Shown here in pieces: positions 1 to 8,375 of a stretch of DNA of 64,000 nt. The stretch lies in the NCBI GenBank assembly GCA_039188945.1, contig JBCCYW010000001.1, positions 43,003 to 107,002 of the forward strand, written 5' to 3'. Source of the stretch: Patescibacteria group bacterium (GTDB taxonomy: Bacteria; Patescibacteriota; Minisyncoccia; Phycocordibacterales; UBA918). The notes under the pieces were generated by a model. That model was not told the origin of the DNA, did no database searches, and worked only from the letters and a program-made list of their open reading frames with translations. Positions within the stretch are counted from its first letter, which is position 1. Each line of letters opens with the position of its first letter. The position numbers and the translations under genes are program-made.

Positions 1-84
1 GTTGCTAAAGGAACACCTGAGGAAGTTGCTGAATCAAAAAAGTCTTTCACCGGAGAGTACCTCAAAAAGATACTAAAAAAGTAG
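1..84 (+). CDS. uvrA: Excinuclease ABC subunit A, 3' end (partial)
   Basis: Frame 1 reads VAKGTPEEVAESKKSFTGEYLKKILKK*, the typical UvrA C-terminus (GTPEEV...S.TG.YL); lies directly upstream of uvrC. Confidence 0.85.
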   Translation, partial: VAKGTPEEVAESKKSFTGEYLKKILKK

Positions 85-86
85 CT

Positions 87-1322
87 ATGAAAAAGAGTGA
101 ACTTTCAAAAAAGAAATTACCAGACGCGCCCGGCGTCTATTTCTTTCTCGGAGCCAGAAAGGAGATTTTGTATATTGGCAAGGCTACCAGTTTGCGCAAT
201 CGGGTTCGAAGTTATTTCGCATCAGATATTCGTGAAAAGCGTTCAGAATTAATAGAGAAAATGGTAGTTGAAGCCAAGAATCTTGAATGGACTGAAACTG
301 ATTCGGTGCTTGAAGCATTGATTCTTGAGACGAATCTCATACGCACCCACAAGCCGCACTACACCACTCTTAGCAAAGATGATAAAAGCTATAACCATTT
401 AGTGATAACCAACGAAGAGTACCCGCGTGTATTGGTGGTACGTGGAAAAGACCTCACCGAACAGTTCACTGAAAAAGAAATAAAATACCATTTTGGGCCG
501 TTTCCTAGTGGAGCACTTTTCAAAGAAGCGTTAAAAATTGTTCGACGATTATTTAAATTTTACGACACCAAAAAGCCAATTGGTAAAGAAACAAGCAAAG
601 TAGCTCGGGGCCAGATAGATTTTAATCGACAGATTGGATTGTTTCCCAGTGAAGATTCTAAGAGAGAATATCAGCGCACCATTCGCCACATCAAACTATT
701 TTTTGAAGGAAAAAAGAGACAGGTGATTAAAGAACTGAATAAGGAAATGATGCAGCTGGCAAAGCAAGAGCAATTTGAAGAGGCTGAGCAGGTGAAGCGA
801 CGTATTTTTGCACTGGAGCACATTCAAGACATCGCTCTCATTAAAGATGAAAATAAAACGTATCGAGATGATAAGCGGGTGCGGATTGAAGCTTATGATG
901 TTGCTCATTTACAAAGCGAGGATATGGTTGGTGTCATGACTGTCGTAGAGGGTGGAGAGCCAAAAAAGAGTGACTATCGCAAATTTAAAATTAAAAGCCT
1001 CTCTGGAGCTAATGATCCAGCCGCACTGAAGGAGGTGCTTGAGCGACGCCTCGCTCATCCAGAGTGGCCGTTCCCGCAGGTGATTGTGGTGGATGGCAGT
1101 ACCGCTCAGAAAAACGCTGCCGAGCATGTGCTTCGTAAGCTTGGCGTTGTTATTCCGGTTGCAGCAGTTGTCAAAGATGAGCGCCACAAGCCTAAAAATA
1201 TTTTAGCGGCTCGCAAACTTAGGGAACAGTTTGAGAATGATATGCTCTTAGCAAACGCTGAAGCTCATCGGTTTGCGATTTCTTATTTTAGACAAAAAAA
1301 GCGTAAACGTGCGTTGAGCTAG
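87..1322 (+). CDS. uvrC: UvrC-family excinuclease, short form (GIY-YIG + UVR + RNase H-like; no C-terminal HhH)
   Basis: LPDAPGVY...YIGKATSLRNRVRSYF, RIEAYDVAH, YRKFKIK, VIVVDG, EAHRFAI motifs. Confidence 0.92.
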   Translation: MKKSELSKKKLPDAPGVYFFLGARKEILYIGKATSLRNRVRSYFASDIREKRSELIEKMVVEAKNLEWTETDSVLEALILETNLIRTHKPHYTTLSKDDKSYNHLVITNEEYPRVLVVRGKDLTEQFTEKEIKYHFGPFPSGALFKEALKIVRRLFKFYDTKKPIGKETSKVARGQIDFNRQIGLFPSEDSKREYQRTIRHIKLFFEGKKRQVIKELNKEMMQLAKQEQFEEAEQVKRRIFALEHIQDIALIKDENKTYRDDKRVRIEAYDVAHLQSEDMVGVMTVVEGGEPKKSDYRKFKIKSLSGANDPAALKEVLERRLAHPEWPFPQVIVVDGSTAQKNAAEHVLRKLGVVIPVAAVVKDERHKPKNILAARKLREQFENDMLLANAEAHRFAISYFRQKKRKRALS

Positions 1323-1339
1323 CGTGCTAAAATAGACAT

Positions 1340-2308
1340 ATGAAAACAACGAGAGTTGCTGTCTTACGTGGTGGTCCAAGCGAAGAATATGAGGTCTCGA
1401 TGGAAACGGGAAAGTCGGTTTTGGCAGCGCTAGAAAAACTGCAGTATCCAACAAAAGACATTATGATCTCTCGCTCAGGTGAATGGCTGATCGACGGAGT
1501 TGCCCGCCAACCTGAGCGAGCACTTGAGGCGATTGACGTTGTTTTTATCGCTCTGCATGGTAACTATGGTGAGGATGGTACTGTGCAGAAGATCCTAGAA
1601 CGTCACCATATTCCGTTTACTGGCAGTCGAGCTTTTGCTAGCGGTTTTGCGCTCAATAAAGATCTTACTAAAAATCTTATGCGCCAGTACGAGATTGCAA
1701 TGCCAAAGCATATGAAACTGAGTCGCTCTGGAGTATCTGACCCATATCGAAGCGCTACAGCATTACAAGAGCTGTTGGGACATCAGGTTGTCATAAAGCC
1801 TCTAGCGAGTGGATCTTCATTGGGAGTGCAGATTATTACTGAAGCACCAGAGTTGCCACTTGCTCTAACAAACGCTCTTACAGACTACGATGAGATCATT
1901 GTTGAAGAGTATATTCACGGTAAAGAAGCTACGGTTGGGGTGCTTGAAGGGTTTCGGGGCGCTGCTTTGTATCGCCTACCGGCTATCGAAATCGTACCGC
2001 CTGCTACTGAACAGTTTTTCAGCTACAATGCAAAATACAGTGGTGACTCAGACGAAATTTGCCCCGGAAGATTTTCTGAGGAAGAAAAGCATGTGCTCGG
2101 AGAAATTGCTTCATTGGTTCATGATCGTCTTGGTTTGGCACAGTATTCTAGAAGCGATTTTATTATTAAAGATGGCAGGCCATATTTTCTGGAAGTAAAT
2201 ACGCTACCAGGATTAACTGCTCAATCACTCTTTCCTAAAACGGTGAGCGCTGTGGGCGCTTCTTATGAAGATCTTATTGAACACTTAATAACGACCGCCA
2301 AAGTATAG
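1340..2308 (+). CDS. ddl: D-alanine--D-alanine ligase
   Basis: GGPSEEYEVS, LHGNYGEDG, GSSLGV, FLEVNTLPG motifs. Confidence 0.95.
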   Translation: MKTTRVAVLRGGPSEEYEVSMETGKSVLAALEKLQYPTKDIMISRSGEWLIDGVARQPERALEAIDVVFIALHGNYGEDGTVQKILERHHIPFTGSRAFASGFALNKDLTKNLMRQYEIAMPKHMKLSRSGVSDPYRSATALQELLGHQVVIKPLASGSSLGVQIITEAPELPLALTNALTDYDEIIVEEYIHGKEATVGVLEGFRGAALYRLPAIEIVPPATEQFFSYNAKYSGDSDEICPGRFSEEEKHVLGEIASLVHDRLGLAQYSRSDFIIKDGRPYFLEVNTLPGLTAQSLFPKTVSAVGASYEDLIEHLITTAKV

Positions 2309-2310
2309 CT

Positions 2311-2643
2311 ATGAAAAAGAAGAATCCATATACCAAGACTGAGCTAACGAAGCACCTCAAAAAAGCTAAGCTTGATTGGTCTATGACACCAAAAGCAACA
2401 CAAATCAATAAACAATTTTCATTCAAAGATTATCTAGATGCGTTTATGTTTGTGGCTCGTGTTTCTGTACACGCTGAAATTCTTAAACACCACCCGGACA
2501 TCGAGCTGTCTTATGGAAAGGTAAAAGTGAAACTCACCACGCATGATCTCAAAGGAGTCTCAAAACTAGATGTCGATTTAGCAAAGCGCATTGAACATGT
2601 GGCTGATCGTATCAACGCTCGGGGAAAACAAAAACAAAACTGA
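2311..2643 (+). CDS. phhB: Pterin-4-alpha-carbinolamine dehydratase family protein
   Basis: F.FKDY..AF.F, HHPDI, L.THD..G.S..D..LA motifs. Confidence 0.88.
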   Translation: MKKKNPYTKTELTKHLKKAKLDWSMTPKATQINKQFSFKDYLDAFMFVARVSVHAEILKHHPDIELSYGKVKVKLTTHDLKGVSKLDVDLAKRIEHVADRINARGKQKQN

Positions 2644-2666
2644 CTGAATAGCGTATACTAAGATCA

Positions 2667-3272
2667 ATGTTTGATCTTGAGGGAACTAAGAATGAACGAG
2701 GTATCATACTGATACTGGCCTATATCATCGGTTTCACCAGTGGTTACATTGCCTTCGGCTATCAGGACAATTATTTGCTCAAACAACCCAAACCATCTCT
2801 AGAGCAAACGAAGCAGCAGATACAGGGAGAACAGATGGTTGCTGAACCAAGTCTCACGACGTCTGTTCCTGAAGAAGGATCTGGCCGGCTGCGGTACGCT
2901 AGTGGCGTGCTCGAATATGTACACGAAGATGGAACGGTTCGAGCACTGAGCTTCTTACAAACTCCTTCTCTTGCGGCTTCTGCACTGTTGGGGGCAGATC
3001 AGCAAGGTGTCCACACTGCTTTGGATGCTTACAATACCAGTCCTGATGAGAGATTCGCATTTTTTTGCGAGCAAAAACTAGATCAAAGCCAGTGCTATCC
3101 ATTTGTCTATGATAGTACAGAAGATGAGATACGCTTTGTCAGAGAACGTGAAGTACCATTTCCTATAAGCATTGATGTAGCACGTAGGGTCTACTGGAAT
3201 GAGGACGGTATTGTGTTGGGTGAGTTTCATTCGCGCCAGAAAGATCAGCCCTGGATTGTCTCTATTGACTAA
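2667..3272 (+). CDS. Hypothetical protein with N-terminal membrane anchor
   Basis: 201-aa ORF; hydrophobic IILILAYIIGFTSGYIAF; -10 TATACT 7 nt before ATG. Confidence 0.7.
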   Translation: MFDLEGTKNERGIILILAYIIGFTSGYIAFGYQDNYLLKQPKPSLEQTKQQIQGEQMVAEPSLTTSVPEEGSGRLRYASGVLEYVHEDGTVRALSFLQTPSLAASALLGADQQGVHTALDAYNTSPDERFAFFCEQKLDQSQCYPFVYDSTEDEIRFVREREVPFPISIDVARRVYWNEDGIVLGEFHSRQKDQPWIVSID

Positions 3273-3293
3273 ACAGGCCTAAATTCGTAGTAT
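3265..3293 (+). promoter_or_regulatory. Sigma70-type promoter for tRNA-Ala
   Basis: TTGACT-N17-TAGTAT. Confidence 0.7.
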
Positions 3294-3329
3294 TACGCCG
3301 TTAAATCCACATGTGTTTGAAGGTACTGT

Positions 3330-3403
3330 GGGCCCGTAGCTCAGATGGCTAGAGCACCTGTTTTGCACTCAGGAGGTCGCTGGTTCAAGTCCAGTCGGGT
3401 CCA
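3330..3403 (+). tRNA. tRNA-Ala (UGC), CCA not encoded
   Basis: Acceptor GGGCCCG/CGGGTCC with G3:U70, D arm GCTC..GAGC, anticodon loop TT-TGC-AC, T arm GCTGG-TTCAAGT-CCAGT, discriminator A. Confidence 0.95.
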
Positions 3404-3423
3404 CAGTGCCTTTAAGTATTTGT

Positions 3424-3657
3424 GGGCCTGTTCATTAGTCTCCCAGACTAATGAACCTCAGATGGCTAGGGGCAATAACTGCTGGGAGCAGTTATTGCGG
3501 TTTCCGTTCAGTATAGGTCGCTGGTTCAAGTCCAGTCGGGTCCACGGTCATTGTCACTATTTGTTTATGAATTATTTTGGGAGTCACTCAGGAGGGTTCA
3601 TTAACATGGGGTGTTAGTGAGCGGTTCAACTCAGGTCCACAGTGCCTTTAAGTATTT
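3424..3657 (+). repeat. Degenerate tandem copies of tRNA-Ala segments interrupted by 27-nt hairpins
   Basis: 3515-3545 identical to 3374-3404; 3634-3657 identical to 3398-3421; CTCAGATGGCTAG and CACTCAGGAGG also repeated; hairpins at 3430-3456, 3472-3498, 3596-3622. Confidence 0.85.
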
Positions 3658-3670
3658 ATATGGGTCTATT

Positions 3671-3708
3671 AAACAAAGCGCTCTCCATTGACTGAGAGCG
3701 CTTTGTTT
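3671..3708. terminator. Probable bidirectional intrinsic terminator
   Basis: AAACAAAGCGCTCTC-N8-GAGAGCGCTTTGTTT between convergent tRNA locus and HAD gene. Confidence 0.8.
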
Positions 3709-3710
3709 GT

Positions 3711-4406
3711 TTACTTCAACATCTCTTGTAGTTTTTTGTAGGTATCTAAATGATCTTCTACTGCAATGGTGTCGATTACACCAATAACTGATTCATCATT
3801 ACCGCCAGGATGTAATCTGTCTCCAAAATAAACTGCTTCTTCTTTGTTCCAGCCCATATAGTCAATAAGCTTTGCGACGTTATAGCCTTTGTGTAAATCT
3901 TTGTGTAAATAATCAAAGCTGGTGGACCCACCAATTTTTACGCTAACTTCTGCAGAGACAAAAGGAATTTTATCTAATAAGTCATTTCGCTTACTACTAT
4001 CGGGATCATAGGCGCGTTTGACTTCTACAGGGGCTCTGTTTCCAATTGGACTAAAACAGACCAGTGCACCACGATCTTCAAGCGGAGCCCAGTCTTCATT
4101 CGGTTCTTCATCAAGTAGCTCCTTTAATTTGGCAACATGCTCAAAAATTTCTTGTTTATGAGATTCAGACAATTCTTCTCGCCAGAGTTCTTTATTGGCC
4201 ACATCAGTGGCATGATTGCCACATTGCCCCATCGTAATGGCTGGCAAGTTATCACTTTGCCAGGCAATGTCATGCAAAGCTTGTCCACTCACTATGATGA
4301 TGTCGTGAGGGGTCTCATCTAGAAGCTTATACATCTCTGGCAAGATCGGCTCACGAGAGGGGGCAATAGTCTGATCAAGATCAAAAAACAAGTGTTTGTA
4401 CTTCAT
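3711..4406 (-). CDS. HAD-IIB hydrolase, eukaryotic-type phosphomannomutase (PMM/Sec53)-like
   Basis: FFDLDQT, FSPIGNRA, GGSTSFD, YFGD...GGND motifs. Confidence 0.8.
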   Translation of the reverse strand: MKYKHLFFDLDQTIAPSREPILPEMYKLLDETPHDIIIVSGQALHDIAWQSDNLPAITMGQCGNHATDVANKELWREELSESHKQEIFEHVAKLKELLDEEPNEDWAPLEDRGALVCFSPIGNRAPVEVKRAYDPDSSKRNDLLDKIPFVSAEVSVKIGGSTSFDYLHKDLHKGYNVAKLIDYMGWNKEEAVYFGDRLHPGGNDESVIGVIDTIAVEDHLDTYKKLQEMLK

Positions 4407-4460
4407 AAAGACAGCTAAAGTATACAGTTTGTATAACTATGGAAAACTGGAATTGTTCAC

Positions 4461-4489
4461 TTCACAAAGCTATTTTGTGGTGGTAGTAT
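4461..4489 (+). promoter_or_regulatory. Sigma70-type promoter upstream of structured RNA/atp operon
   Basis: TTCACA-N17-TAGTAT with extended TG. Confidence 0.6.
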
Positions 4490-4495
4490 GTGCGC

Positions 4496-4636
4496 GAGTC
4501 ACGAATTAAGAGATCCGGTAAGCAGTGACCAAAGAGGCTTCATGAGCGGCAAATAAGCTCAAAATCCACACAAACGAAGGATTTTGTACTCAATGTGCCG
4601 CTGATACAAGCGGACGCGGATCTCAAAAACGGACTC
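4496..4636 (+). ncRNA. Candidate structured RNA (6S-like rod with central bubble, or atp leader)
   Basis: Four nested stems: GAGTC/GACTC, GAGATCCG/CGGATCTC, AGCGGCA/TGCCGCT, CAAAATCC/GGATTTTG; 5' end coincides with predicted TSS. Confidence 0.55.
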
Positions 4637-4656
4637 AATAACTACTCCTATTTGTT

Positions 4657-5430
4657 ATGTCTGGATGGATACAGACAGCTCAGGCTGCTGAGGGAATATC
4701 AGTAAAACTAGACCCATATATTGTGGGAGAGTTTGCAGGTGTCGCAATTACCTCAACCATGCTAACCGTGTGGTTGGCGATGTTTTTGATTGCTGTGTTA
4801 GTAGTCAGTCTTGGTGTACTCAAAAAAGTTCCAGGCAAACTGCAAAGTATCGTTGAGGTAGTTATTGGTGGTGCATTCAATTACATGGCAACCACGCTTG
4901 GCAGCAAGGAAGCTGCGAAGAAGTATTTTCCAGTAGTCATGACTATCTTTATGTTTCTTTTAGTTATGAACTGGGTGGGACTCTTACCAGGCGTTACAAC
5001 CATTGGCTTAATGGAAGGGTATGGTGATAAGAGCCATTTGGTGCCATTCTTTTACCCACCAGCGACTGACCTCAACATCGCCATCGCGTTTGCTGTTGTT
5101 GCCATGGCTACGATTTGGTTTGCGGGCGTAGCAGCACTGGGAGTGTTCAAATACGCTAGTAAGTTTATTAGTTTCAAATCACCTCTAGCATTCCTAGTTG
5201 GTATTATCGAACTTATTTCTGAAATTGGACGCTTGGTAAGCTTCTCATTTCGATTGTTTGGTAATATCTTTGCTGGAAAAACCTTGTTGGTGGTGGCCAC
5301 ATTCTTTGTGCCGTTTATCCTGCCGGTACCAATTTTGGCGTATGAGGTGTTTGTAGGCTTTATCCAAGCTGGAGTATTTGCCTTCTTGACCTTAGTGTTC
5401 ATCAAGCTAGCTATTGAAGAACCGCATTAG
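4657..5430 (+). CDS. atpB: F0F1 ATP synthase subunit a
   Basis: SFSFRLFGNIFAG, FIQAGVF motifs; first gene of atp operon. Confidence 0.95.
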   Translation: MSGWIQTAQAAEGISVKLDPYIVGEFAGVAITSTMLTVWLAMFLIAVLVVSLGVLKKVPGKLQSIVEVVIGGAFNYMATTLGSKEAAKKYFPVVMTIFMFLLVMNWVGLLPGVTTIGLMEGYGDKSHLVPFFYPPATDLNIAIAFAVVAMATIWFAGVAALGVFKYASKFISFKSPLAFLVGIIELISEIGRLVSFSFRLFGNIFAGKTLLVVATFFVPFILPVPILAYEVFVGFIQAGVFAFLTLVFIKLAIEEPH

Positions 5431-5431
5431 T

Positions 5432-5508
5432 CCCGTTAGAGATTATGAACAAGTTCACAAACAACAAAAAAGTATCATACATGACAAAACTTAATTATCT
5501 CTAACGGG
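5432..5508. mobile_element. Small TIR-bounded (MITE-like) element, copy 1
   Basis: CCCGTTAGAGAT...ATCTCTAACGGG flanked on both sides by ATTAGT; same termini at 59999-60110. Confidence 0.65.
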
Positions 5509-5586
5509 ATTAGTGAGTAATCATGAGTCCCGCAAACAGATCAGGCGTGACTCATAGTTGCACATTAATCACTAAGTAACTCAATT

Positions 5587-5853
5587 ATGTCTCCAGAAAT
5601 GGAATTGGCGCTCCAGGCGTCACAAATGAGTGCCGACTCAATCAAGGCGATTGCAATGGCGCTTGCTGCTGGTATCGGTGTACTCGGTCCAGGTATCGGT
5701 ATTGGTCTTTTGGTTTCAAAAGCCCTTGAAGCAATGGGTCGTAACCCTGAAGCTGCACCACAAATTCAGAGCACCATGATTCTTGGTATCGTGTTCGTGG
5801 AAGCTCTCGCTATTTTTGCACTCGTTGTAGCCTTCGTTATCCGCTTCGCCTAA
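5587..5853 (+). CDS. atpE: F0F1 ATP synthase subunit c
   Basis: GxGxGxG, MGRNPEA loop, VEALAIF with ion-binding Glu (EA, consistent with H+ rather than Na+ type). Confidence 0.95.
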   Translation: MSPEMELALQASQMSADSIKAIAMALAAGIGVLGPGIGIGLLVSKALEAMGRNPEAAPQIQSTMILGIVFVEALAIFALVVAFVIRFA

Positions 5854-5882
5854 CGTTCTAGGTCACTACGGCCATTTGTATT

Positions 5883-6329
5883 ATGGAACAACTAATCGAA
5901 GCGTTTGGCATTGATACTAAAGGTATTGTTATTCAAATCATTAACTTCGCTATTTTAGCGGCCGCTTTAACGTACTTTCTGTACAACCCAGTCCTCAAAC
6001 TCCTGAATGAACGGGAAGAAACCATCAAACAAGGTCTCAAGGACGCAGAGGATGCGAAGCAGGCTAAAGAATCAGCAGAAGAAGAGAAGAAAGCGGTGCT
6101 TGGTGAAGCTAATAAAGAAGCGGAAGCGGTGGCTGCCCGAGCAAAAGAACATGCCGATGAAAAAACTGCTGGGATTGTTGCTACTGCTGACGAGAAAGCT
6201 GCTGCAATCGTGAAGGACGCTGAAGCCAAGAGTGAAGAAATGAAAGCGCAAGCTCGCAAAGATAGTGAGGCTGAAATAAGTAAGCTGGCTATTCTAGCGG
6301 CTGAGAAAATTCTTCGTAAAGAAGCCTAA
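5883..6329 (+). CDS. atpF: F0F1 ATP synthase subunit b
   Basis: QIINF, P...L.ER...I motif, Ala/Glu/Lys coiled coil. Confidence 0.93.
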   Translation: MEQLIEAFGIDTKGIVIQIINFAILAAALTYFLYNPVLKLLNEREETIKQGLKDAEDAKQAKESAEEEKKAVLGEANKEAEAVAARAKEHADEKTAGIVATADEKAAAIVKDAEAKSEEMKAQARKDSEAEISKLAILAAEKILRKEA

Positions 6330-6336
6330 ACCAAAC

Positions 6337-6714
6337 ATGCGTGATAGTTACCTACAAGCCACTTTGGCATTAATTCAAGAAGGATACGATCCCCAAAAGC
6401 TCATTGATGGTCTTAAAGAGACCTTGGCTGCCAGAGGACACCAAGCTCTGTTGCCAAGTATCTTGCAAGCTGTTTTACGTGAACTTGAAGCGGGTAAGAC
6501 AACCACGAAGGTAACTGTCGCAAAAGCTACTGATGCTGAAGTCCTTAAAGCTGAAATCACCGCCGCACTAAAAAATATTCAAGCAACCGATGAGGTTGTG
6601 ACTGAAGTAGATGAAACTATTGTTGGTGGCTTTGTGGCTACTGGTAATGGAAAAACTATCGACGCTTCTTATAAACACAAGTTGGTACACCTGTATCGAT
6701 CACTTACTACCTAA
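6337..6714 (+). CDS. atpH: F0F1 ATP synthase subunit delta (short)
   Basis: VDETIVGGF...IDAS C-terminal motif; operon position. Confidence 0.85.
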   Translation: MRDSYLQATLALIQEGYDPQKLIDGLKETLAARGHQALLPSILQAVLRELEAGKTTTKVTVAKATDAEVLKAEITAALKNIQATDEVVTEVDETIVGGFVATGNGKTIDASYKHKLVHLYRSLTT

Positions 6715-6729
6715 CATTCACACGTAATT

Positions 6730-8292
6730 ATGAGCACAACAATAATTGATCGGATCAAAAACGAGATCCAAAACCTCGACACCACGGCTTTGCCAGAGGA
6801 AGTCGGTATCGTCCAGACTGTTGGAGACGGTATTGCTGAAATAGAAGGACTCCAGAGCGCCCAGATGATGGAGATGGTGGTCTTTCAAGATGGTGATGGA
6901 AAGTCACTCGAAGAGACCATCGCCAAAGACGATGCGCTGTATGGTCTTATCCTCAACCTTGAAGAAGATGTCGTGAAGGTGGTTGTGCTTGGAGAGAGTG
7001 ATCGTGTGAAGGAGGGGATGCGCGTGATGCGTACTGAGAAGCTGCTCTCGATCCCGGTCGGTGAGGGAATTGTAGGGCGTGTCGTAAGTCCGCTTGGTGA
7101 GGCACTTGATGGGAAGGGGACGATCGAAACCAATCGTGATATGCCAATTGAGCGGGTAGCGTACGGAGTAATGGACCGCTCTGGTGTGAACGAACCAGTC
7201 CATACTGGCGTAAAGGCTATCGACTCAATGATTCCAATTGGTCGCGGGCAACGCGAACTCATCATTGGCGACCGCCAGACTGGTAAAACTACCATCGCGA
7301 TCGACACCATCATCAACCAAAAAAACGAACCAAAAGACAAACGCCTGATCTGTATTTATGTAGCAATTGGCCAGAAGCGTTCAAAGACCGCGTCGTTAGT
7401 TGCCAAATTACAAGAAGCTGGAGCGATGGAATACACCACCGTGATTGCTACTTCTGCTTCTGAGCCTTCTCCAATGCTCTTCTTGGCACCGTTTGCAGGT
7501 GCTGCTATTGGTGAGTACTTCATGGAGCAAGGAAAAGACGTGCTTGTGGTATTTGATGACCTTTCAAAGCACGCAGTTGCGTACCGACAGATGTCACTTC
7601 TCCTGCGACGTCCGCCGGGACGTGAAGCGTATCCGGGAGATATCTTCTACCTGCACTCACGTCTCTTGGAACGTTCGGCCAAGCTCTCAGCTGAGCTGGG
7701 TGGAGGCTCGATCACTGCACTCCCGATTATTGAAACCCAAGAAGGTGACGTATCTGCCTACATTCCAACTAATGTTATCTCAATTACCGATGGTCAGATT
7801 TTCCTTGAAACTGATCTCTTCAACAAGGGTATTCGCCCAGCACTTAATGTTGGTATTTCGGTATCACGCGTCGGTAGTTCTGCGCAAACCAAGGCGATGA
7901 AAAAGGTGTCTGGAAAGATTCGTCTCGAGTTGGCACAGTTTCGTGAGCTCGAAGCCTTCATGCAGTTTGCCTCCGATCTTGATGAAGATACAAAAGCTCG
8001 CATTGATTCTGGTCGTAAGTATGTAGAACTTCTCAAGCAAGACCAAGGAGACCCAATGCCATTTTATAAGCAAGTACTTTCAATTTATGCTGCCAACCAG
8101 GGTCTCTACGACGGTACGGCTCCAGACATGGTTCGTGAAATTGAAGCAAAGTACATTGAAATGGTTGAACGTGATCATAAGGACATTCTTGAAACTATTG
8201 AAACATCACGAGCCATCGATGATGTAACTGAAAAAATGGATCAAAGCATCGAAGCTTTCAAAACTGCACACAGTGATTGTTACGGAGCATAA
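6730..8292 (+). CDS. atpA: F0F1 ATP synthase subunit alpha
   Basis: [20 protein letters not shown] motifs. Confidence 0.98.
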   Translation: MSTTIIDRIKNEIQNLDTTALPEEVGIVQTVGDGIAEIEGLQSAQMMEMVVFQDGDGKSLEETIAKDDALYGLILNLEEDVVKVVVLGESDRVKEGMRVMRTEKLLSIPVGEGIVGRVVSPLGEALDGKGTIETNRDMPIERVAYGVMDRSGVNEPVHTGVKAIDSMIPIGRGQRELIIGDRQTGKTTIAIDTIINQKNEPKDKRLICIYVAIGQKRSKTASLVAKLQEAGAMEYTTVIATSASEPSPMLFLAPFAGAAIGEYFMEQGKDVLVVFDDLSKHAVAYRQMSLLLRRPPGREAYPGDIFYLHSRLLERSAKLSAELGGGSITALPIIETQEGDVSAYIPTNVISITDGQIFLETDLFNKGIRPALNVGISVSRVGSSAQTKAMKKVSGKIRLELAQFRELEAFMQFASDLDEDTKARIDSGRKYVELLKQDQGDPMPFYKQVLSIYAANQGLYDGTAPDMVREIEAKYIEMVERDHKDILETIETSRAIDDVTEKMDQSIEAFKTAHSDCYGA

Positions 8293-8339
8293 AATTCAGC
8301 ATGACAAGTCTGGTCGATAAAAAGTACAAAAAAAATTCA

Positions 8340-8365
8340 GGCGCCGCGAGTGTTCTCGCGACGCC
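8340..8365 (-). terminator. Intrinsic terminator of antisense orphan gene
   Basis: Minus strand GGCGTCGCGAG-AACA-CTCGCGGCGCC followed by TGAATTTTTTTT; the G-U pair exists only on the minus strand. Confidence 0.7.
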
Positions 8366-8375
8366 CAAGGGCATC

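Noticed and set aside
3345-3617. 90-aa ORF in the track
   Set aside because: Overlaps the tRNA and its repeats; spurious
3424-3657. tmRNA
   Set aside because: Ala-type ends are present, but it is too short and has no tag ORF or pseudoknot region
3330-3660. CRISPR array
   Set aside because: Repeats are tRNA-derived and irregular in length and spacing; no cas operon
5432-5508. Integron attC site or cassette (GTTAGAG / CTCTAAC resemble core sites)
   Set aside because: Does not fit GTTRRRY/RYYYAAC exactly; no attC L boxes, array or integrase
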